Below are positions 38,926 to 52,875 of a stretch of DNA of 64,000 nucleotides, piece after piece (the stretch's first letter is position 1; every line of letters begins with the position of its first letter). The translations under genes were made by a program, and so were the position numbers. The notes under the pieces were generated by a model. That model searched no databases. It was not told where the DNA came from and worked only from the letters and a program-made list of their open reading frames with translations. The stretch comes from Octopus vulgaris (Eukaryota): NCBI GenBank assembly GCA_951406725.2, contig OX597816.1, positions 63,240,001 through 63,304,000 on the forward strand, read 5' to 3'.

Positions 38926-40100
38926 ATCTTTCTTTTCATTCTCTTTTCTTTTCTCCCACTGATATTTCCCTCCCACTCTCTTTCTTTCTCTTTCCCGCTC
39001 TCACTCGCCCCCACCACACACTCTCGGCTGCCTTCCTTTCTCTTTCATTCACTGCCTGTTGCCTATTCACTTCTCGTTTTCATTGTTCTCTGTAGTAGTT
39101 ATTGTATCAATCACACACACAAGCGCACCTTACGTTAATTTAGATACAAATATATTTATATACACATATATATAAAATATCGTCTTTCTCAGCAAATGCT
39201 TCCAAGAAATTATGTGTAAGTAAGATATTAATCTGGATATTTTCGTGTCTGTGTGTGTGCGCCGTGTGAGTTATTGGAATTACTTAAAAATACATATATA
39301 TATTTATGTGTGTACGTACGTATCTTTGTGTGTTTGTCCCCCCAAACGACCGCTCGATAGCCGGTGTCGGTTTGTTTACGTCCCCGTAACTTAACGGTTC
39401 GATTAGTACAAGCCTTGGAAAAAAAATAAGGAATAACGATTGAAACGAGAGATAGAAAAAATGAGATGTTTCTACACATGTAAAAATACAATTAGGATGG
39501 TAGATAGATAGACAGAGAGAGAGAGAGAGATGCATGTATATACGTTTGTGTATGTATACATATGTGTGTGTAATATATGCGCGCGTGTGAGTGTGTTGTA
39601 CATCCATGTGCTTATGTATGTCGACGCGTATTTCTGTGTACACGCATATAAGTATGCATATTCACGTGTATGTGTACCTAAGTACCCGCTTTAAGGCACG
39701 CGTAATTACCCGGGGGTCTTTACAAGTCTAGGGGCCGAATTGTTAGATCTGTGTATGTTGTGGCTTGCTGTTAGTAAACAGATTGCTATAGGGCCCAGAG
39801 CCTTCATTTGTACAGAGACCTATAAGTCTGTTCAGATAGCTCTGTGTGTATACATACCTGTGTTCAGAGCTTCGTATCGATATTTGAATCAATACAACAT
39901 GAATAAGATCATTTGTTGTTGTTGTTGTTGTTGTAGCAGTTGTTTTGCAGCTGGATGCGTTTCCAAACAGCTGACTACTCAGTGTACAAGGCTGACTTTT
40001 ATAAGTTAAGCAAACTGGAGGAAGCAGAGTTACAACCCTTGGCATTAAGTCCCCGAAGTAATAATTAAGTCAGAACTAAACTACCTTGTTACTTACTATT

Positions 40101-40525
40101 GGATCTTTGCGGTTTGAACAGCAGTTTTTAACATAATTTCTAGGTAACTAAAAAATTTTAAACTTCGTATACTGGTAGAATGTGTTTATAAAACATTTTT
40201 TTCTCTTGGCTTTATCGAGAAAATTCTATAGTTTGTAAGATATTTGTTGTTTTTTTCTTCAATTTTTGCAGTTTCAACCAATCACTGACGTCCATTGAGG
40301 TAAACAACATTCTGTGCCGTATGAATATGCCCCTCGTTTTAGAAACAGATTGGGTTTATTTACATTTGTGAAGAAAAAAAGATACCCTTCCTCCACCCCT
40401 AACCATAACCCTAACTAACCCTAAAATAGATTGAAATGCAATAGATCGATACTATGGTCATAATTATGGGTGACAATTTCATATGACACCGCTAGAAAAA
40501 ACTGCCGTTCAAACTGAAAAGATCC
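40101..40525. mobile_element. MITE with 29-bp TIRs and 8-bp TSD (Merlin-like or hAT-like)
   Basis: GGATCTTTGCGGTTTGAACAGCAGTTTTT / AAAAACTGCCGTTCAAACTGAAAAGATCC, with TTACTATT duplicated at 40093-40100 and 40526-40533. Confidence 0.85.
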
Positions 40526-41493
40526 TTACTATTTACTTCAGTGCATAACCTTACACTCATTATATCTTAAAATCAAATGGGGGGAAGGGGCGGTCCTTTA
40601 CATGATCCAGTGGTGTACCTAGAGTTTGTGCCACCTGGATCAGTTCTTGATTTTGCCAGGTCCGCCCGAAGCTTATACAGGTTTATATATCAGAACCCAA
40701 AGTGCTGTGTCTCTATAAAAACATTGCATAGGAAAAAAACAAATCCCATGTCCCACTATCTAGCCAGCTACGCTACTGGCATGATCATACAAACTGTTAG
40801 AAACACCAGCTAAATCTTCCTTGAATCATATGCACTTGATAACATATTGAGAAATGTAGTTCCTGATATGTGAACAAGATGGGATTGCCACTGATGTAAG
40901 CGCATAGAAATAAACCCCTTCAGTCAAAGCCCTGCTCCATGGAGACAAAACAGTGGCTAGACTGAGTGGATAAAAAGTTTGCTTAGCTGTGATATTACTT
41001 CTGGTTCAATACCACTTTGCAGCTCCTTAAACAAGTGTTTCCTATGATAGTTTGAGATTAATCAAAATCTCTTCTGGTTGAAACTAGCCAGAATTGTGGA
41101 CAACCATTATGAGGGGTTACTGAAAAGTTCCTGGCTTTAAGGCTATCACGAAAGGCCTGGCTGGAGGCCCACACTTCCAAGTTCTTTTACAGGGCTTGCA
41201 AAAACTGAAGGGCCGCTGCAATAAGTGTGTGTATCTGAGAGGGGAATATGTTAAATAAAGTCATAATTAACTAATCCTAATAGAATAAATAAATTCTATC
41301 TGACCCATGTAAGGGTGGAAATGTGGACGTTAAAATGGCCTTGATGTATATCATTTGTGTGCATGGTTAAGTTTTGCAAAAATGTGGGTCTAGATTTGTT
41401 AGCAGAGCATGGTACTGCAAGTAGACATCTTCTACTCTTGTGTCAACTTACTCATTGTGAGTAGAATTAGTAGACAGAAAGCATAGGGAATTT

Positions 41494-41725
41494 AAAGCGG
41501 CGAGCTGGCAGAAACTTTAGCACACCGGGCGAAATACTTAGCGGTATTTTGTCTGCCGTTTCGTCTGAGTTCAAATTCTGCTGAGGTCAACTTTCTATTC
41601 ATCCTTACGGGGGTCAATAAATTAAGTACCAGTTACGCACTGGGGTCACTGTAATCGACTCAATCCCTTTGTCTGTCCTTGTTTGTCCCCTCTATGTTTA
41701 GCCCCTTGTGGGCAATAAAGAAATA
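41494..41725 (+). mobile_element. Full-length SINE family B with TSD
   Basis: GCGGCGAGCTGGCAGAA...GGCAATAAAGAAATA, flanked by AGAAAGCATARGGAA (41476-41490 and 41726-41740). Confidence 0.85.
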
Positions 41726-41766
41726 AGAAAGCATAAGGAAATGTATTCTCTCTCTCTTTATATATA

Positions 41767-41807
<41 letters not shown>

Positions 41808-42065
41808 TGTTTATTCCTTCTCAAGCCATGCCTGGCTCATAAGGGCCAGTTTCCTGGACAGGACACTGGTCCATCACAGGTGAGCTGCTAGATGCAGGAG
41901 GGAAGAAGGAGAGAAAGTTGTTTTGAAAGAGTCAGCAGAACTTTTGCCATTACCTTCTGCCAGAGGCATGTGGAGCATATGTGTTTTGCTCATAAACGCA
42001 CACATTGCCCAGTCTTAAGTTCGAACTCGTGAGTCCACTGTTCCAACCACTAGGCCATGTGCCTC

Positions 42066-42112
<47 letters not shown>

Positions 42113-42829
42113 TTAGTTTAAATAATTGATAAGGAATACGGATTGTACTGTAAGCTTTATTTAGTACGCTGATCGTTTCATCTTACACTCTGTCTTTCCT
42201 ATTAATTATTTAGATAAAAAAAAAAAAATTTTGAGCGAGGTCGTTGCCAGTACCGCCTGACTGGCCCCCGTGCCCGTTGAAAGTAAAAGCACCCACTACA
42301 CTCTCGGAGTGGTTGGCGTTAGGAAGGGCATCTAGCTGTAGAAACTCTGCCAGATCTTGGCTGGAGCCTGGTGCAGCCATCTGGTTCGCCAGCCCACAGT
42401 CAAACCGTCCAACCCATGCTAGCATGGAAAGCGGACGTTAAACAATGATGATGATGATACTAAATGTGCACCGAGAAATTCCCTGCAACGTAAGTGCAGT
42501 ACGTTGGATGATGCCTCAGAGCCGTGTGTGGGTGAACATGCTCTCGAGGTACACTACTAAGGACATACCTAAGACGTCTGGATACTGGATTTTAAAGTCT
42601 CCTGTCAGATCGGGCATTGCATTATGTTCTTGAGCAAGGCACTTCTTTTTACGTTGCTCTGTGATCATTTCGTCATCTGATATGTTGTACATGGTGCACC
42701 TGTACAGATAATATCGATTTGATAGAGGGAGTGAGATTATGTGCACGCATAATCATTTGTGCAGGTTACTTGGCAAGAGCTGAATGCTCATACATCATCT
42801 TTGATGAGAGAGTCCATCATTCATATATA

Positions 42830-43042
42830 TTTCTTTACTACCCACAAGGGGCTAAACATAGAGGGGACAGACAAAGGGATTAAGTCGATCAGATCGACCC
42901 CAGTGCGAAACTGGTACTTTATTTATCGACCCCGAAAGAATGAAAGGCAAAGTCGACCTCGGCGGAATTTGAACTCAGAACGTAACAGCAGACGAAATAC
43001 GGCTACACATTTTGCCCGGCATGCTAACGTTTCTGCCAGCTC
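42830..43042 (-). mobile_element. SINE family B
   Basis: Reverse complement of 41494-41725 and 50850-51083. Confidence 0.85.
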
Positions 43043-43347
43043 GACGTCATATTCATCATTCATATAATATGCACACACGTTCAGCTTTTGCCAGTTGCTC
43101 TGCCCAAATGATTTGTTTATAGTGATCAAATGTTTGTGTCAGACATTAGCTCACTCTCTCCATCAAATTGATGTCACCTTAGCAGGTGCATTGCGTGCCA
43201 TGGGTCAGGTGTCGAAGTGATTGCACAGCAACATGAGATGAAGTGTTTTGCTCAAGAACACAACACGCCACCCGGTCTTGGAATTGAACTCACGATCGTT
43301 AGAGCATGAGTGCAACACTCTAACCACCATGTGCTCTCACTGTGTAC

Positions 43348-43398
<51 letters not shown>

Positions 43399-43407
43399 AT
43401 ATATATA

Positions 43408-43797
43408 CTAGCAGTATCGCCCAGCTTTGCTCGGGTTTGTTTCGACCCTTTAGAATTGGAAGTTTTGAAAAGTAAAAATTTTGCATTATGTAACTTGTTA
43501 TTCTTTTTAAGGGAACATTTTTCTCGTTGAAATACACCGAAAAATGGCGACACAGCAGTCAAAACATCGTAAAAATTAGGGATTTTCATAGAAAAAAAAG
43601 CACCTTTTTGATGTAAATAATTTTTGTTCTTAACATGGTCCGATTTGAATTTTTTCTTCTGCAGAAGGAAGAGCAAGCCTTCTATCATACTCTCAATTTT
43701 GGTCAACTTGCACCACAGAGTCTTGGAGGAGATAGTGTTAGTTGAAAGCTACCAAACCTGCCACACACAGACAACTTCAGCTTTATATATATATATA
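43408..43797 (-). mobile_element. Non-autonomous Helitron
   Basis: The minus strand ends CCCGAGC-AAA-GCTGGG (hairpin) ... CTAG-T and begins (TA)n-AAAGCTGAAGTTGTCTGTGTGT. Confidence 0.7.
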
Positions 43798-44779
43798 AAT
43801 ATATATATGTATATATAGACACACACTCACATACATACACATATGCATATGTGCACTCGTCTATGCATATATGCATTTGAACATATACATTAAGTATATT
43901 TCTAACTAATGCTATAAATTTTGTGTATTTCATTGTATTGATTTTCTGCATTGTTGTTAACCTCGGGTCAGACCAGAAGCAGCAAAGATCAAAAGGATTC
44001 CAGCTGTGACCATCCCATCCCATCATGTTTATTTTCCATTTTTCTTTTCTGTTTTTTTTTTGATGTAGTGACTCTGAAACTCCATTATCCAGTTTGTCTT
44101 TCCTGTTGTTTTAAGCTGTTAGGGTGTGATATCAAAGAGATTGATGTATTTGTTATATGTTGCAACTTGTGACTAAAAGCATCACATTGGTTAGGAGTTT
44201 CAAATGGGTCTGCTCTCTGGCTCATTGCATTTTCATAGGGAGATTGACAAGGTGGGAGGGGTGTCGGGTAACTTGGTACAGAGAAAAACAACAGAGGACA
44301 CTCTGCTCTAAGACTCCTTTTTGTTGTTGCTTTTTTTTTTTTTTTAATGTTTATCATGTTTTGGATGATGTCAGCAAAATATCTAAAAAAACATATCCCG
44401 GATGAGTCAAAAGTCCTTCAACTTTGATACAAACTGGCTAACGACTGAGCTCAGCAGAATTCAGCTAAGCATCTTAAATGTATATTTTGCATGTTTTGTC
44501 TCCTTCGTCCTTCTCTTCTGTCTCTCCCATCCTCCCACCTCTTCACTACAGCCTTTACCCACCTCTAATGCATTCATTAACTCCCCCCCCCCCCACAACC
44601 CCAACATAGCAGAAACATGGCCGTGTGGTGAAGGAGCTTGGTTTGCAACCACAACTTTATGGGTTCAGTCCTACTGCACAGCAATGTCAGGCGAACATCT
44701 ACTATAGCCTCAGCCATGGGCTAACCAATGCCTCTTGAGTGAATGTGATAGATGGAAACTCTGTAGAAGCCTATTATGT

Positions 44780-44824
<45 letters not shown>

Positions 44825-44920
44825 TACACATAAATATATATATATATACATACACATAAATATATATACACATATATATATGTGTGTATATATATACACA
44901 CATAAATATATATATAGACA

Positions 44921-44951
<31 letters not shown>

Positions 44952-44976
44952 GTCTATATATATATGTATATGTATG

Positions 44977-45029
<53 letters not shown>

Positions 45030-45106
45030 GTATATATATATATGTGTGTATATATATATATGTGTGTGTGTGCACATACATACACACATATATATGTGTA
45101 TATATA

Positions 45107-45590
45107 TTGGGTCATCCCATAGATAATGCAGTTTTTTTCCCTTTATTTTTCAAAGTTAAGATAAACAGAGTTCTTTTAAAATCTAAAATATACTCTCCTT
45201 CATTTTCTACAAGGCCTTTCTATTTAACTGGTAGACTTTCAAGGCCCCTCTTCCAAAATTCACTTGTCCATGACGAAAAATTCTCCTCCAGTACTCTTCT
45301 CAACCTGTCTACAAAATTCCTATTTTTTCTGTCCAAATAATTTTGAAGACCGCAGAATAAATGATAATCAGATGGGGCAATGACTGGTGAATATGGTGGG
45401 TGGGACATCATTTCCTAGTGAAACTGCTCCAGCCTTTGGAATGTCGTCCTTGTATGAGGTCGAGCATTATCCTGAAGGAAGAACACCTTTCATCTTGAAA
45501 CCAAAGTTTATTGGTTTTCTTCTCGCATTGATTTAAGCCACTCAAGCTGCTTGCAGTAGATCTCCTTTGTTATCATCTGGTTTGAGTTTA
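45107..45590 (-). mobile_element. Mariner transposase 3' fragment with TIR
   Basis: Minus strand reads IYCKQLE...FLQDNARPHT...MMSHPPYSPVIAPSDYHLF...[10 protein letters not shown]. The TIR TTGGGTCATCCCATAGATAATGC sits next to TA. Confidence 0.88.
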
Positions 45591-46147
45591 AATTATGATT
45601 TTACTCAACACAGCATGTTTCCCTCTCAGAATCACGCACTTATTTCAGCAGTCCTTTTGTTTTTTTCTAAGCCCTGTAAAAGAACTCGGAAGGTTGAGCC
45701 TCCATCCAACCAGGCCTTTCGCAATACCCTTAAAGCCAGGAACTTTTCAGCACCCTTTCATGTATTCAAACTAGCAGTCCATTGGTCACAACGATGAGCG
45801 TTCCAGTTGATTTGATCAATGGATCAGCCAACTCTCGTAATTAATATGCAAATGGCTGGGCACTCTGCAAACATGTGTAGCCTTAATGTAGTTCTCAGAG
45901 AGAGATTCAGCACGACACAGGATGTGACAAGGCTGGCCCTTTGAAATGCAGGTGCAACTCATTTTTGCCAGGTGAGGAGACTGAAGCAACATAGAATAAA
46001 ATGTTTTGTTTAAGGACATAGTACACTGTCAGGAATTAAACCCATGACTGTAGGATCACAAGTTGTATGCCCTTGCCACAAGCCACATGCCTTTACACAC
46101 ACATACACATATGCAAGCACACGCACACACACACACCTATATATATA

Positions 46148-46738
46148 TTTGCCAGCCTCCCCTGGTACCTATGCTGGTGGCACGTAAAAGAACCATCCAA
46201 ACGTGGCCGATGCCAGCGCCGCCTTGACTGGCTTCCATGCCGGTGACACATAAAAAGCACCAACCGATCGTGGCTGTTGTCAGCCTCCCCTGGCACCTGT
46301 GCCGGTGGCATGTAAAAAGCACCATCCGTATGTGGTCGATGCCAGCACCACCTTGACTGGCTTCCATGCCAGTGGCACATAAAAAGCACCAACTGATCGT
46401 GGCTGTTGCCAGCTTCCCCTCGCACGTAAAAAGCACCATGTATATGTGGTCGATGCAAGCGCCTCCTTGACTGGCTTCCGTGCTGGTGGCATGTAAAAAG
46501 CACCAACCGATCATGGCTGTTGCCAGCCTCCCCTGGCACCTGTGCTGGTGGCATGTAAAAAGCACCCACTACACTCACGGAGTGGTTGGCGTTAGGAAGG
46601 GCATCCAGCTGTAGAAACACTGCCAGATCATACTGGAGCCTGCTGCAGCCTCCATGGCTTCCCAGACCCCGGTCGAACCGTCCAACCCATGCTAGCATGG
46701 AAAACGGACGTTAAACGATGATGATGAGGATGATGATG
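46148..46738 (+). mobile_element. Family C repeat with ~7 internal units
   Basis: Tandem GTGGCACRTAAAAAGCACC units, conserved 3' body and (TGA)n tail. Confidence 0.85.
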
Positions 46739-47190
46739 GTGGTGGTGGTGGTGGTAGTGGTGGGTGGTCTGTTTAACTTGAATAACCTTTAGTTTACATT
46801 CTCGGAATAAAAATAATAAATCCCTTGTTGGAATTATTCATCAGAATCCTTGTTTATTTACTAATTTTTATCAGCTTGCTTAGAAGGAAACGTTGTTCGG
46901 GGTGTCAAACGAAATGAAATGAGATGAAATGGCAGGATGGTGGGTGAGGGGGGTGGGGAGTGGATCAGAAAAAAAATGAAAAACACAAAGAAAGGAAAAA
47001 GAAAAATGGCAAACAGGAAGTGAGAAAATATCATTTGTTGTGTTCCTTTCAAATCTGCCAGATCAGCCACCTCCTAGAGTAATGAACCATGTACATTATA
47101 TTGCTTTTCGCATGTAATCTACTCTTTCCTCTCCATTGATATACACCCGTCTTCTTCTTCTTCTTATTATTATTATTATTATTATTATTA

Positions 47191-47233
<43 letters not shown>

Positions 47234-47546
47234 CAGCATCATCATCTGCATCATTGTCATTATTATTGTTATTATTTACTAATATTTTTTCCACCTTTGT
47301 TTATTTTTATTTTTATTTTTATTTCCCCTTTAATGATCTTCTTAGCTCTCCTTCTTTTGTTTGTGCATGTGTATGTGTATTGTTTTTTTTTCTATTTATC
47401 ATAAACAAATAAATAAATCAATAAATAAAATAATAATGTTATTGCTTTTTCCAGCCTACTACATAATTTGTAATCTCCCCCCCTCTTCACTGTTCCATGA
47501 ATTGCCTATGTGTTATTCATGTATTTACTGGAGCAATGAGTGGCAG

Positions 47547-47583
<37 letters not shown>

Positions 47584-47589
47584 ATACAT

Positions 47590-47631
<42 letters not shown>

Positions 47632-47637
47632 ATATAT

Positions 47638-47692
<55 letters not shown>

Positions 47693-47756
47693 TAAGTATG
47701 TGTGTGTATATATATACATACATATATATATATATGTGTGTGTGTGTGTATACATA

Positions 47757-47789
<33 letters not shown>

Positions 47790-48764
47790 TGTATGTATAT
47801 ATAATATGAGCAAGTCAAAAGACTGTCCATGGCCATCATGACTTATTTAGATTTGTATGTTTGTTGGGTTTTTTTTCATGTTTTGTTTTTCAAGTGAAGT
47901 ATTAGCACAAACAACTCTTATATTATGCGGTTTGTTCTTTTAATACTGATTTCTGACATAGAGACAAGACTGACTTATTTTTTTTCTTTTGAAGGAAGGT
48001 AATGTCATTTACATGAACTTCAGTACTGAACCAAAAAACAGTTGATAATTCTTTATTTTGGATGGTAAGAACTTTGCTTGCCAACCACATGGTTTCAGGT
48101 TCTGTCCCACTGCATGACACCTTGAGCATGTGTCTTCTACAATAGCCATCGGCCAACCGAAACTTTGTGAGTGGATTTGGTTGACAGAAACTGAAAAAAA
48201 AAAAAAAACAATCTGTCATACACATACACATACTTAGAGGAGGTGCATAGCTTAGTGGTTTGAGTGTTGAGTGCGTGGTTGTAAGATCGTGGTTTCAATT
48301 CCTGGTCTGGTTGATGCGTTGTTTCCTTGAGCAAAACACTTCATTTCTCGTTGTTCCGATCCACAAAAAATGGCAAAAAATGAATAATCCTTTGAGAGAA
48401 CAGTGTCCCATCCAAGAGGAGAATATATTCGCATAAAAACCAGGTGACCGGCTTTATGGATCTATACGACTCTGGAAGGATCTTCATCATCATCCTCATC
48501 ATCGTTTAATGTCCGTTTCTTTCAGTTTCCGTCTACCAAATTCACTCACAACGCTTTGGTCAGCCCGAGGTTATAGTAGAAGACACTTGCCCAAGGTGCT
48601 ACGCAGTGGGATTGAACCCGGAACCATGTGGTTGGTGAGCAAGCTACTTACCACACAGCCATTCCTGTGCCTATTATTATTTTTGATTGTAGAATTGCCT
48701 TTATAATTACTTATTTATTTAATTTAATTTTGTTCATTTATTTTATTTTATTTTATCTTTGCAG

Positions 48765-50791
48765 CTCAAAGCATTGATGGGGAACCAAAGCAGACTGTTT
48801 TAGGGCCTGCTGACTATGATGGCAGATATAACTCACTATTGCATATTACACAACAGCAATCTACCAGACACAACTCACGCCTACCTTGCAACAGCTATTT
48901 TCAACCACATCAACAACAACAACAACATTTGTCAGAGCAACAATTACTACAGCAGCAAGAACAACAGCAACAACAACAACAACAACAGCATCAGCTGCAG
49001 CGATCAGATTACACAACAACTATGGAAAGATCATTAATCATAGAAGAAGATGTAAAAATGGAAGAGCTGCAGTTGTCTGAAGACGAGTGCCAAAAGGAGA
49101 ATCAACTAGAACAACTGCAGCCGCAAGAAATAGAGGAACAGCAGGCCATGCTGCAGCCACATTCTCACCATCATAATCATCATCATTCTCAAGAAGAAGA
49201 GCAACAACAACAGCAACAATATCAGTGTGATCCAAAACGTCTGGATGTGTTATCGTCGGAGAACAAAATAGTAATTCCAACTTCATCCTCCTCACTGGAA
49301 TTAATAGAAGTAGCGCCAGCTGTTTCACCTCAGCCAACATTAAACCCACAGGCAGCCCTTCCTTCAACAATACACCCATTGTCTTTACACAAAGATACAC
49401 AGCTTTCCATATCACCGTCTTTGTCATTGAATTCCGAAGGAGGAGAACAAGAAAACACACACCAACAACAGCATACACCATCAACAGCACCACAGCAACG
49501 GAAGCAACTAGAAAATAATGAAGAAGGAACTGGGTCAGGAGCAGCTAAAAAATTAGACCAGGAGTACAGTGTGTCCGATAACGCTGTTGAAACGACTGAA
49601 CCACCCTTAAATCAAGTCACTATGAGCACCTGTTTGAATAACTCCGTCAACTCTGAAACTGCCATGAACCTGTCCAATTCGATTTCTATATCTGCAGATG
49701 TTTCTGACTCTAATACTAATACTGCTGTCGCTGAAGACTTAATTGGTCCAGAACCAATCAGCATTGACAGACCTAATGAGCTCACATCTTTGGCAGAGGA
49801 AGCTGATGCAGCCATGACAACGAGAAGCCCAGATGACATTAACGGGGACCAGAGCCTACCTGTTCCTCTTGAATCTCAAAGTCCTGTATCGATGGTGACT
49901 GCTACATCACCGTCGGTCGTTGTTGACCAGCACAGCTCTGAGGAAGAGCTTGAATGTATAAACCAGGAGAACAGTCACCCGGAGAAGAGGAAGTGGTCAC
50001 AGATGGAGAGTCAGAGCAGTAACTCTGTGGAGAGCAACCATCCAAAGTCAAATGTTTACCATTCCTTTCATCCTCCCCATCACCACCACAACAGCCATCA
50101 CCTGCTGCAGCATCCTCTTCCTCTTCATCACAACAGTCATCACCAGCAGAATCATCATATCCCACACCACCATCAACAGCAACAGAACAACATCAACCAC
50201 AATCAGCAGCAACGCAGTAGCAGCAGCAGCAACAGTGGTAACCACGGTAGCGGCGGTAACAACAACAACAGCAACAGCAACAACAACAACAACAGCAGCA
50301 GCAGCAACAACAACAACAACGCCATTACTTCCCAACAGCACTGCCACAACCACAACAACAACCAGCACAACTGCAGCAGCAACAGCAGTAGCAACAACAA
50401 CAACAACAGCATTCTAATCAACAACAGCAATATCTGCAACAACAACAACAACAATAACAACAACAACAATATCAACAGCAACAGTAACATGAACAACAAC
50501 AGCAACAACAACAGCTGTTGTTTTACAGACAGTGCCGGATCTTCTGATGAGGAGGTGAAGGAGTTCATGCTTGATCCAAAACCGATTCTATTCAGCTCCG
50601 CTCCGCCCTCGGGGATCCAGAAGGTAATGAGATCATCGTCAGCCAATTTTCTGGTACCGAATGGACCACCCCTTAGTATTTGTGCTATTTCACCAAGAAA
50701 AAGGCATCGTTTAAATTCGTCCTCTGATTCTCTTGATTTGGAGAACATTTCTGTAATTCAGAGACCATGTCTTGACTTTGAGAAAATGCAG
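48765..50791 (+). CDS. Large internal coding exon of a Q/H/N/S-rich disordered protein with C-terminal SPRKRHR...RPCLDFEKMQ (FAM53-like motif)
   Basis: Acceptor TTTTATCTTTGCAG|CT (phase 1, first full codon 48767: QSIDGEPKQTVLGPADYDGRYNSLL...), an uninterrupted ~675-codon frame, and donor ATGCAG|GTGAGT at 50791 (phase 0). Family assignment is tentative. Confidence 0.88.
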
Positions 50792-50849
50792 GTGAGTACA
50801 TCCTTCTTTACCGTTTTTATACATTTCAAGGATTTCTTCATTTATTATT

Positions 50850-51083
50850 AAGGCGGCGAGCTGGCAGAACTGTTAGCATGCCGTACGAAATGCGTAGCCA
50901 TATTTCGTCTGCCGTTATGTTCTAAGTTCAAATTTTCGCCGAGGTCATCTTTGCCTTTCATCCTTTCGAGGTCGATAAATTAAGTACCAGTTATGCACTG
51001 AGGTCGATGTAATCGACTTAAATCGTTTGTCTGTCCTTGTTTGTCCCCTTTATGTTTAGCCCCTTGTGGGTAATAAAGAAACA
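50850..51083 (+). mobile_element. Full-length SINE family B
   Basis: AAGGCGGCGAGCTGGCAGAA...GGTAATAAAGAAA, followed by (TTA)n and a second B copy (51133-51355). Confidence 0.85.
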
Positions 51084-51131
<48 letters not shown>

Positions 51132-52875
51132 GGTGGTGAGCTGGTGGAATTATTAGTGCACCAGGTGAAATGCTTAGAGCTATTTCGCCTGTCGCTACGC
51201 TCTGAGTTCAAATTCTGCCATGGTCGACTTTGTCTTCTATCCTTTTGCAGTCGATAAATCAAGTACCAGTGAAACACTGGGGTTGATATAATCAACTAGT
51301 CCCTCCCTTCCACGCAAATCTCAGGCCTTGTGCCTTTAGTAGAAAGGGTTATTACTACTAGAAAATCTACCCGTCTATGATGGAGGCATAAAATGAGGAA
51401 AGGAAGCCATGACAGCAGTATGCATTGAGAAACGTATAAATGGACTTGATAGATGTCTGCGGACTTGATACTGGGTGATGTCTTTGAGAAATCACATTTT
51501 TGTTGGTGATGCAGCTCTATGACATATGTTTGGGACTGAGTGACATGTAAGGACGATTCACTCCCGAACTGAAATAGGTTCCCAGCCTCTGTATCATGAA
51601 TGGTTATGTGAACCACTCCTAACGAAAGCCAGAGCTTCCTTTGACCACTACATAAAAAGTATTAAGAAAAAAATGTTATTTAGATCATCATCATCATCAT
51701 CATTTAATGTCTGCTTTCCATGCTAGCATGGGTTCGACGATTTGACTGAGGTCTGGCGAACCAGACTCCAATCTGATCTGGCAGAGTTTCTACAGCTGGA
51801 TGCCCTTCCTAACACCAACCACTCCGAGAGTGTAGTGGGTGCATTTACGTGCCACTGGTACAAGGGCCAGTTTGGTGGTACTGGCAATGGCCATGCCCAA
51901 ATGGTGCTTTTTATGTGCCACCTGCACAGGAGCCAGTCCAGCAGCACTGGCGACGACCTCGCTCGAATGTTTCACGTGCCACCAGCACAAGTGCTAGTAA
52001 GGTGACGTGGTAACGATCACACTCGAATGGTGTGTTTAACGTGCCATCAGCACGAAGGCCAGCTTGTTGCTCTGGCAATGATCTTACTCGTATGGTACTC
52101 TTAGCGCTCCGCACACTATTTTATGCTTGTTTATGCTCTTATACATTTAAAGTTCACAAATTTCCTTATTTAAATTATGAATCATGTTCCTTTCGATAAT
52201 GTCATTATGATTACAAAACTTCTTTGTAGACGATATTTTCTGTTTGGTTGACACTAATTTTCAAATTACTGGAATCCATTGCTCTCCTCATAGAGACATG
52301 TAACTGGCCGTGTGTAAACATGAGTGAGTGAAAATACACCTACACGATTTAAAGTTTGGTCCTGGGCCTTCTTTGCTGTGAATGCTCAAGTGGAATCTTT
52401 AACTAAAACTTACGTCTCATGACACTGGATTGTATCTATGCTTAAATATCTGTCCACCTGTTAATCTATCTGTCTTTCCATCTATCTATCTATCTATCCA
52501 TCAGATATATGGTGTATATGGGTGTATTTGATGCATATGTGTTGTATATGTATGTGTCTATACATGTACTTCCATGTGTGAGTATGGATACAGCATGGCC
52601 AAATAGTTAAGATGTTGGCACGCATCACAAGATACCTGTTGCGTGCCACTTACCATAGCTTCATGCCATTCCAAGCCTTGTAAATAGAACTGGGTGAACC
52701 TTTATCCTTTAAACTGGCCTTGTCTGGCCAAAATATTCTATCAGCTTTATGTTCAAACTGGTGGTCAGATTTGGTCTTTCACACTTACTGTACAATGTCA
52801 TTTTCTATAAAAATAAACCATCACATCATCAAAATCTTGAAGTTACAGGATGACTTACAATTAATTCAAGAACAA

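Noticed and set aside
38321-39095. 213-aa and 159-aa hydrophobic ORFs
   Set aside because: Products of a pyrimidine-rich minisatellite.
40397-40424. Interstitial telomere or fusion site
   Set aside because: Only about 4 degenerate units, lying inside a TIR/TSD-bounded MITE.
49038-50748. Minus-strand and alternate-frame ORFs overlapping the large exon
   Set aside because: Shadows of CAA/CAG/AAC codon repeats in the real + strand frame.
51296-51616. 106-aa minus-strand ORF
   Set aside because: It runs into a SINE, and the remainder has only faint transposase-like wording in another frame; too degenerate to call.
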